Positions 22,973 through 32,395 of a DNA stretch of 32,395 bases are shown here, piece after piece. Each line of letters starts with the position of its first letter. Position 1 is the first letter of the stretch. A model generated the notes under the pieces. It searched no databases, had not been told where the DNA came from, and was given only the letters and a program-made list of their open reading frames with translations. The position numbers and the translations under genes were made by a program. This DNA comes from Intoshia linei. Its lineage: Eukaryota > Animalia > Orthonectida. Location: positions 1 to 32,395 of the forward strand of contig LWCA01000322.1 of NCBI GenBank assembly GCA_001642005.1, written 5' to 3'.

Positions 22973-23709
22973 CATTAGAGTGTTAACTTTTTTTTAAATC
23001 AAAAATACAGGGTACTACAGGGTGAGAAATATACACTTAAAAGTCGTTGTATAGTTTTTTAAGCATAAATTTTGAAAAAGTCCGGCCACCTCAAGCAAAT
23101 TAGTTATAACTATAATTTTTAAAACCTTAAAATCTTTTTGTACTTAGTAAATAATAGTAAAACTAGTTATTTATAAAATTGTCATTGATTGAATCGATAA
23201 CTTTGAAATTACTGGTAAACGGCCAAGAAAATAAATTAATTTTATATTAAAAACATAATTGAAAGCTATTTCATAAGTAAACTACATAATCCAAACTTCA
23301 TTATCGCAATGTTAATAATATCATATTAATATATATAATTATAATATGTTATATAATAATATAATAACTTATTTATAATGTTAAATTGAATTAATTGTTC
23401 TTAAAATCATTTCATATAATTGTTAACTAATTATACGATTATTTTTCACCTAAAAAATGTATCATGTATTGCTAGGTTAATTAACTGATTAATTTAACGA
23501 AAATAAACCACTAGCAACATGAATTAAATAATAATAATTTTAATTACATAATATACATGTATTTATTCAAAAAAATTTGTTTCAATATTTATATTTGAAC
23601 AAACATTTTATTGTGATTTAGGACGAGGCTTAAAATGTTTTAATAGACGAATTTTCATTTTATAATAATGAAATGATGAAATTATAATTAATAAAAAAAT
23701 TAATTCACT

Positions 23710-23960
23710 GTATTAGTAAAGTTAGTAGAAGACTCACCAGTGAAGGTGGTCACTTTTCGAGCGTTTACTGTTGTATTAAATAATAATGATAAAACTGTTG
23801 ATGTTTTGATAAAATATTAATTGTCCGATATTTCCCCCATTTTCAAAATTTCGATATTAAACGTGTATATAAATGAAGGAAGAATTGTTCAAAAACTGCG
23901 AGGAGGTCCAAGGTTTAACAAAATGACTGAAGGAATACATTATTATTTACATTGATATTA
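23710..23960 (+). pseudogene. Tc1/IS630-like transposase N-terminal remnant
   Basis: ILNVYINEGRIVQKLRGGPRFNKMTE (~23850-23935) resembles the end of the HTH plus the RGG-R..K.T linker of Tc1/IS630-type transposases. Stops flank it and no DDE domain was seen. Confidence 0.4.
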
Positions 23961-26167
23961 GGGATTTAGTAGATGCAAAATGCGGTCTTGACGGAATTTC
24001 AAGCTCATATTTCATATTTCAATAAGTATTTTAAAAATTTTTTTTATACATTTAAAAAAATTTAAATAAAAGAGTTGTTGCACAAATAAGTGTTTCTGAG
24101 TCTGTCATATCCCAAAGAATTTTGTAGGTCTTGGTTGTTCAAGATCTTTTGGTGTATTTTCGGAAAGACATATCTTCCTTATGGGGAGGTTGAGGTTTTT
24201 ATCTATCAATTGCTAATTTTCTTGATATAAAGATAAAACATAAAAATTTCAAATATTAGACTTTTAAATTAAATTTATTAGACGAAATTTCTGCAACTAA
24301 AAATTTACGTTGAAATTAATTTAGTATCAATCGTTTTTCCAACAATTAATATTCCACACGATACTTTTTTTAAAAAACACAATGACCCATAACCAATACC
24401 TTGGAGAGCCAGAAGTAAGACCGGTAATACATAAGTAGAAGTAGGAAGTAAATCTATGTCAGATGGAAATTGTAGAGCCCTGTAAAAAATGGTACCTCTA
24501 TGCATTGCTCAATGGATCGTCATAATCTATAAATTAAAAAAACACAGTTGGAAATCGCATTGGTTATCGAAATTTATGTATATTTAAGAAATTTTCCCAC
24601 ATTATTTATTAATAAATTTAAAAAGTAGACCCTCATGATTGTAGGATCGGTCTATATGACCCTAACCCTCTCCACGGTCCTGCCCATAACCTAAGGTGTT
24701 TTAATTAAATCAAAATTAAAAAATTAACTAATTTTGGTAAACTAAATTATTGTAGAATTGCCAGATGTTGGGATTTTATCTTAAAACCTAGACGACCGCT
24801 ACATCATTATTTAAAAAACCACACTATTACTAAAAAATGGCATTTCAAGCCCTTTATGTAAAAATCCCCTAAAAATTAATTTAGGCTAGATAAAATGATA
24901 TTTTCAAAATTTTATGGCAACAATTTCTGTTTCGTAATATTTACTGTTAGAAATTTGGAATATTTCCAAAACAAATATTAGTAATACATATACTTAAATT
25001 CATTGTATTTACTAAGTATATTATTAAATTATTGTAGATCTAAAGTGACACGTATACTTTTTTGATAGTATTACTCAATATGGTAGTAAATATTATTATA
25101 CACCCCATGTTTGAAGACAATCAATATTTATATACGTGTTGCAATGGTATGAATTCATCAGGTGTTATTTTAAGTGTGTAATTGTAAATGGACTATACGT
25201 TTATTAATGTATTTGTAAATTGACACATTTTCGTTCTGTCAGTCTGTTGTGTAAACTGACTAAATAAAAAATCCTTTAAATTTAATTATTTGAACTCAAA
25301 AGATAATAAATTTTTCGTTTGGAACTCGAATTACCGACTATTAAAAACCCTAAAAAAATCTAATCATATTTCTTTACATTTTTTACTACAACCTTGTAGT
25401 TATGCAGCCAAATACGGTAACTGGGATGCCCAAAATCATGGCGAAAATATAATATGTATCGAACAGTAACATTCTTACTTATATAATATTCTATGCATTA
25501 TTTTTTGTGTGTGTGTTACCGTTTATTTCAATAACTACCAGTCTTACAATTTTATAAAGTCCACATTTCAATTACAATTTTTTTCCAGGGGTGTTAGCAA
25601 AATAAATTTCAACCTCCCAAAGTCACATCTTACTGGTCAAAAAGCCCAATTGTCCTTATTTAACTATAAAACAGACAGAACACTGAATACTAAAGGGATC
25701 AAGAATCTTTAATGATTAAAACTTTTGGATACAGTAAATGCTGATATATTTAGTATTGTGATTTTATATTGAGAATTTTTACTAATGCATGTTTAAATTT
25801 TAAAGATTAAAGTTGTCTTTAAATTTGATGATACATTGACTGATTTTCGATAAGTTTTAACATTTATGTAACTTTGAATTATTTCTACGATTTGAGACTT
25901 AACAAAATTAACCGTATCTAGTTTTACAGTGAAACTTTCACATAATTAAAATATTTCTTAACTGAGATAATGATATTTTTGATGGAACTTTAAATCACTT
26001 ATGTAGTTTTTTTTGATATATAATTAGATCCATGATTCATATACAAAAATAAATTATTTGTACAATAAGACATTCGACATAATATTTTGTATCATAAAAA
26101 TCTGACAAAATTATAACATTAGAATGTCACCATACTATGAATTTAAAATGTTTTACAAATACATATA

Positions 26168-27272
26168 CATTAGGGTGTTAACTTTTGTCTAATAACAAAA
26201 ATACAGGGTTATACAAGATGAGAAAAAAAATTCTAAGAACGGTGGTACCATTCGTTAAGTCTAACTTTTGAAAAAAATTGGCCTGCTCAAAGGAAATAGT
26301 TTTCATAAATAAGATTTATAACATTGTGTGTAACCTTGCCATTATGTTTATATTATTTATTAAAATCGTCATTTTTATTGACAACAATCTTATCTGCCTG
26401 CGAAACAAATTAAAATGGGTCTAATTAATGACAAAAAAATATTTTTTTCTCTCTATTTTACATTGTATATTCGAAATTTCATCTGTAATTGCTAAAATTT
26501 TTTTTGGTGTCAAAATAATATAAACGTAATATAATTACATAAATCACTTAATGAAATTCAACTCAATGAAAAAATAATAATTATTTTTATTTCTAATCAG
26601 ATTGTAATGTTTCATGTTTTCCATATTCTATCTGTAAAATAAAAATAACCCTCAATAAATGTGTAAATAAAGGTTGATATCTTTTAGAAGTAACATTTTG
26701 GACAAAACTGTAATTCGTATATAAAATCTCACAGAAATTATACAACACGGGCATAAGGTTGATGAAACTTTAAGGAAACCAAATTCGTAACTGTTAGACC
26801 ATACAAGTTGTATCATAATGATACATTTAAAAAGGTTTGTTGCATTATATGTATATTTTTATATACTGTTAGGTTTTCTACCATATAATTCACTTTTAAA
26901 GAGCAACCTTTTCACTTCGATTAAAAAAATTCATTTATACTATTTCTCAGATTCTTTACGGGGTGAAGTAACGACAGTACTATAAATACCTTCAAATACC
27001 TACAAAAATTAAATCGGTTACATGCATTGACGGTGAATTAGATAATGACACCGTTAATCGACTTGAAAGTAATAATAATTATAAAAAATAATATAACAAT
27101 AAATTTCAGTTCAAAATATTATGGGTATTTTTAAATTGCAGAGCACGCCGATGTTTTTGTAATAATATTAAAAACAAACACCGCAGATGTTATTTTTATT
27201 GGATTTCTCATACCGTACGGCCCTATATTTTTTTAATTTCCACAATTCGATCAAAAAGTTAACACTCTAATA
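26168..27272. mobile_element. TA-flanked non-autonomous TIR element (~1.1 kb), superfamily unassigned
   Basis: Reads TA|CATTAGGGTGTTAACTTTTG ... AAAAGTTAACACTCTAATA|TA, with a matching subterminal AAAAATAYAGGG...ATGAGAAA at both ends. A related end is at 22973-23110. Confidence 0.75.
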
Positions 27273-27906
27273 TACATTGTAACAAGTTCCAAGAAAGTGA
27301 CGTCAATGCCATTGATAATATAAAGGAAATATTGATCTCATGTAAATATAAGTCATTAAAATAAATGATTTCTTTAACTCATTAAGAACAGTCCCAGGTT
27401 TGTTTGGTCAAAATAATTTCAAATCGCGTAATTTGCATGAATTTTTAAATTTATTTTGAATGATTAATGGTAATATAAAAAGATAAATGATAAATGCCCC
27501 TATATTATAGTAAATAGAATGACTGTTTAAATTGGTTTCATAATTACGACTGATTTGTATACATGTTACACCACATACGATATATAACACCACTGGTGTT
27601 ATTGATATTAAAGATATTTGCCAATGTTTATATTAAAAGTCAATATCAGAAAATGTAATTCAGAATACTGTTAACAGAAACATTTACTAAAAACATTTCT
27701 AGCTTTCGTGTAAAAGTTTTAATATTTAAAAAAATATTTGATCAACCGAATATTCAATCATGTATATTTTAAAATAATAATTTAATTGGATAGATAGATA
27801 TAAGAAACTCAAACACGTGTTTGAAAATACAAATTGGTTTATGTAATAAATCGGGTCATGGGTAGTGGTACATATATAAATATAAACGTTATGCAATTAT
27901 TTTTAG

Positions 27907-29302
27907 ATGAATACTAGACTGCACCAATGTCTCGTTTGTTTTGCATCGTTTTTATGCAACGGTTTGGTGTTTGGAATGATAAACACTTTTGGGATAGTTT
28001 ATGACACTCTTGTTGGAAGGGACAATGGAAAAGTTGCTTCACTAAAGACGTGTAATTATATACTTGTGTTAAAACGTCGAATTGTTGATAATGAATAATA
28101 TGACCTTTAAACACCGTTTCATAAACAAACCATAATTATATTTTGTAGCTATTGTTGGAGGTCTTCCAAATGCTCTACTTTTTTTGAGCAGTGCTGTAGC
28201 CGGAATGCTCATCCAAACTATTGGAATTCGAAAAACCTCAGCAATCGGAATAACTTTGTGTGTTTTGGCACTAGTAATTTCCTCTTTTACGTCAAATTCA
28301 ATTGTGATGCTCTACATTACTATCGGTATCATGTTGGGGATTGGAAGTTCTTTTGTTTACATACCCGCTATGTCCATTTTACTCTATCATTTTGATGAAA
28401 ATTTTGGTTCCATTAATGGAATTGTCACCACTGGCGCAGCCATTTTTACAATTGTATTTTCTGTTTCTATTCGTCCAATTATCAAAACCTTCGGCCTAGG
28501 GTATGTATTTATGATACAAGCAGCTTTGTACAGTTTATTGTATATTGGTGTTTTTGTATGGACAAAACCCGCAAGTTATGGATCTCTGGATAACGAAGAA
28601 AAACATTTAATCAAACGAAAAGTTTCAATGAAAGAATTATGGAACATCAAAGCATACCGATTTTGGTTAGCCTCTTTTCTGGTACTCAGAATAGGCTATG
28701 GAACTGCTTATCTCTATTTGGTAAGTTTTGCTTTATTTTTTTTATTTTTTAATTTTTTTTATACTTAGGTCAGATTTACAGTTGAGCAAAAAGTGCCATA
28801 TAACGGAGACCATTTAATTATGGCTATTGGATTCGGATCAATCGTGGGACGATTGATATTTGGAAAAATTTCAGATTCACGCCATATAAGTAGGATCGTT
28901 TTGCACCAAATTGCTGTATATATTTATGGAGTTTTGCTAGTTTTAATACCGATAGGAATCAAAAACAAATATGCCATGTACGTTATTTCGTCTTCACTAG
29001 GGATCACTACAGGTATTGTAAACTCACTCATCGTACCAATTTGCAATGATATTCTTGGACCGAGTAGAGCAAGCAGAGGGATGAGTGTTGCAATGTCCTT
29101 AATGGGTATACCGATTATGCTTGGACCAGTCGTATCTGGAGTTATTCGAGATATCACTGGAACGTACACCACCGTATTCAATATCAATGCAATTTGGGCA
29201 GTTATTGCTGCATTTATGACACTGGGCGCTTTTTATACATTTCTTCAAACCAAAATAACTCAAGATACAGATAGTTTGAGTAGTTCCAAATATTCCAATT
29301 AA
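27907..29302 (+). CDS. SLC16/MCT-like MFS transporter (copy 2), 3 coding exons
   Basis: Exons 27907-28051, 28149-28720 and 28769-29302 are in frame. It is clearly paralogous to copy 1 (RLHQ..CFA.FL.NG..FG, YHF, GR..FGKISD, PIC.DILG, GP..SG.I.D), with two shared intron positions. Confidence 0.9.
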
Positions 29303-31560
29303 ACCATGTATAAATACATATTTTATGTATAAATTTTATTTTTGTAATACATGTGTATGAATATTTCTAAAACCGACATCAATAAAATTTTATCATAACA
29401 TCATATTGGCACTAGCTAAGAAAAAAATTTCTTGACCTTCACACATTTTTTCAAATCTAAAGATTTACATAGTAAAATATTTATAAAATCAAATTGAGTA
29501 TATAAAACAATGACGAGTACTCTTTCAAAAACTCAATTAATTGTTTTAAAATACTAAAATTTGATTTCATAGGACTTTTCTGTTTGGTTTTTAAATTAAT
29601 TTTGATTTTTTTTGCTTTTATATCATTTAAGAAATGTTTATATTCAGGTGTAATTATTCTTAATTTCAATTAGGTATGAAATAAATAGCCCTGCAGTGGA
29701 CGACAATTTTTTTTATATTGACGGTCGGGTATGGGCGAACCGAGTTAAAAATGGAAAAAATTTTAATTCACGTAACATTGATTTTTTTTCATCATTGCTG
29801 TCAATTTATAATGGTTAATGTATCGAAAATATGAGAGAAGACTGGTTTTGACACATCTTAATCGATTACAAAATTTAGGACGGGTACTGGCGATTAGTGA
29901 AATATTTGAAAATTAGAAGTATTAAATTAAAGCCTTTGTATGGCTCTTATAGATATCATCTAAATTTACCATGCTTTAACAGATCACTACTACTATTAAT
30001 TTATATTTATTTTGTAATTTGATGATAATGTACTAACTGAAAGATACATTGATTAAATAATTATTTTACAATATTATTATGCATAATTTAATGATAACAT
30101 GATCATGTTTACGGATTTATTATGACACTGTTGTGAGTTTATTTATGTTCCTTTTGGTAAATAATTTAGAAAAAAATCTCGAAGAATTTAGACAAATCAA
30201 ATGTTTAATTATTTAATTTTGTTTTATCTGACTCGCGGATTTTTTATTTCGATCTTATCCAGCTACCTAGTCAAAACGTTTGGTGATCACTGGTGTAGTG
30301 TACTATTCTGCATCTACAAAATAGAATAAATTTTGATGGCAAATTTTTCAAAACAGAGGTCAAAATTGTTTACGTTAAATTGGTTTAAAATAAGAGATTT
30401 GTGTTGAATTATTAAAAAAGTAAAAAGGAAATTTATTTTTCGGGGTTATTTAAGAAATTTTAATATTAAGGTCAAACCTAGTAAATATTAACTGTTCTAT
30501 TCTTACTAATCTGTTCATCTGGATCAATTATACAATGAACACATGCATCTAAACTGAACATTTAATAATTTATATTATGGCAATAAAACAATTTAATTGT
30601 AATTTACTACAACTTCAGCAAACTTTGACTTTGGAAAATTCAGAGCTTCGACCGAAATTGTAAAAAATATATGTTATCAGATATTTTAGAACATATTAAT
30701 TTAGCACTAATAATTATGTCCATTCTGGGTGAGATGCTAAAGCATTAAGATTCGATGCAAATTATAATTTACTCATCAAATAATTCATAAACATTTGTAA
30801 ATAAATTAACACAAAATACCCTTACCTATATAAACGCTGCACTACATCACTTTTAATTTTTACTATATACTGGTATACTGTAACGTACATAGTAATTCAA
30901 TACATGGCATTACTCACATAACTTTGATTTCTTTATTTATAGTATTACATTTATTTAAAGACTATAAATTAAATTTCGAAGTAACAAACATACCTAATAT
31001 ATGTGTTTTCAGGACTAAAAAAATGAGTTTTCATAAAATAAAATGAAATCATTAAAAAACCATATTAATAATTCCTTAATTTGTCTTTTATCGTTTTGGA
31101 TCAATGGTCTTGTATTTTCTTTTATTTATACATTCGGAATTATATACAAAGAATTATTCCAAATATATGATATGGAAAATAAAGCAACCAAATTATGTAA
31201 TTGATTTATATTATTTTCAAAATAATGATAACACCGATCTTGAATATTTATAAACCAAAGATCTCTAATATAATTTGATTTTTTTGAATAGAATATGCTA
31301 AATGTCATTTTTAAGATTTTTTATTCATATTATACTAGCGTGGCTGTTATGTACTACATACAAAAACCGTAGCTAGCTGTCTTAGGTGGGTGTTTCCATA
31401 AATAATAATAAATTCTCTAATACGTTTGATTTTCAAAAATAGAGACAACTCGGGTTTTTGACCCGTAAGATGTGAAATTAGGATGTTGAAATTTATCTTA
31501 ATATACGTCCCGAAAACAACTATAATTCGTCAATAATAAGATTCAATTTATATTTTTTAG

Positions 31561-32047
31561 TGTATGTTTGGGACTATGCAGTTCAATGACGGCTATGGCC
31601 TCAATATGCATAATTCTCAAAAAATTTTCTCATCAAATTGGTGTTTACATATGACTTGTTACATTAGGGGCCAGTGTTTTTACTATTTTTATGCCGTACA
31701 TTTTCTCTTATATTATATCCAATTATGGAATTGAAAATGTGTTCCGATTTGAAGCATTTTTATATGTTGTTCCGATAGTTGGAGTTTATGTCTGGAAAAC
31801 GGATAATACAACGCCACAGTTTGTTCCGGCTGAATCTCTTGAAAGAATCGATAGTTATTCAACCAAAGGATCTTCCAGTATTATTATAAATATTGATTAT
31901 AATGTACATCAAGCATCACCAACTTTCTACACTAGAGAAGATTTTGTGGTGCCCACACAACTTTGTTATTTTATGAACATTTTTTCTATTTGTTTTTCAA
32001 AACAATTTAATTGTACCAGTAAATTTAAAAAATCAACAGTAAAATAA
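31561..32047 (+). pseudogene. Third SLC16/MCT-like copy, fragment with in-frame stop
   Basis: After an AG at 31559-31560 it reads VCLGLCSSMTAMASICIILKKFSHQIGVYI*LVTLGASVFTIFMPYIFSYIISNYGIENVFRFEAFLY...VYVW, aligning to the middle of copies 1 and 2. TGA at 31652-31654 falls at a Gly conserved in both paralogs. No C-terminal half was recognised in the window. Confidence 0.65.
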
Positions 32048-32395
32048 CACAAATTAACAGTAATATTTCTCAAACTTAACAGTAAATTTATAGATTAAAT
32101 AAATCTAACATGAAGATTTCGGTAAATGGTGAACATGCTAGTCAAAAGGTACGTGCTACTGGTTACACAAAACGAAAAATGTTTATAAACTCAGGTATAC
32201 ATTATATTAACCAGTAATAATTACCAACTTATAATATGGATAAAATTTTGATGTTTTTTGATATAAAAGAAATGATTCCAACATGCTCGTTTCTCCTTTT
32301 TATTAATAATAAACTTTTCGTAACTCTTCGCATACTTTAACATCATATAAAAGAATTACGAATGAGTTGGAACTATTGTATTTTACAAAATATAA

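Noticed and set aside
31652-31654. In-frame TGA as recoding (Sec, readthrough or alternative code)
   Set aside because: It aligns to Gly (one change from GGA), TGA is the normal stop of eIF3k here, and the rest of the gene appears missing.

Overview
This is AT-rich eukaryotic, almost certainly animal, genomic DNA. The genes are tightly packed and most GT-AG introns are only 31-45 bp, so the ORF track misses most real genes. Manual splicing recovered: exon 1 of TRMU/MnmA; two intact SLC16/MCT-type MFS transporters plus a third disrupted copy; a TAF1C/Rrn6-like gene; SmE (SNRPE); V-ATPase subunit E; MetAP2; MRPL33; eIF3k; and a two-exon, ~1228-aa NACHT-LRR (NLR-like) gene. The NLR has no visible N-terminal effector domain and has a long polar insert carrying Tyr-phosphorylation-type motifs. 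It is the strongest candidate for something new here. Long introns and intergenic gaps hold non-autonomous DNA transposons: hAT elements with 8-bp TSDs (one nested in another element's terminus), a TA-flanked Tc1-like MITE, a TTAA-type mini-element and a fold-back element. The architecture resembles compact-genome parasitic metazoans such as orthonectids or dicyemids, but that is inference only. No tRNA, rRNA or CRISPR array was recognised. All calls come from reading by eye; no database search was run.
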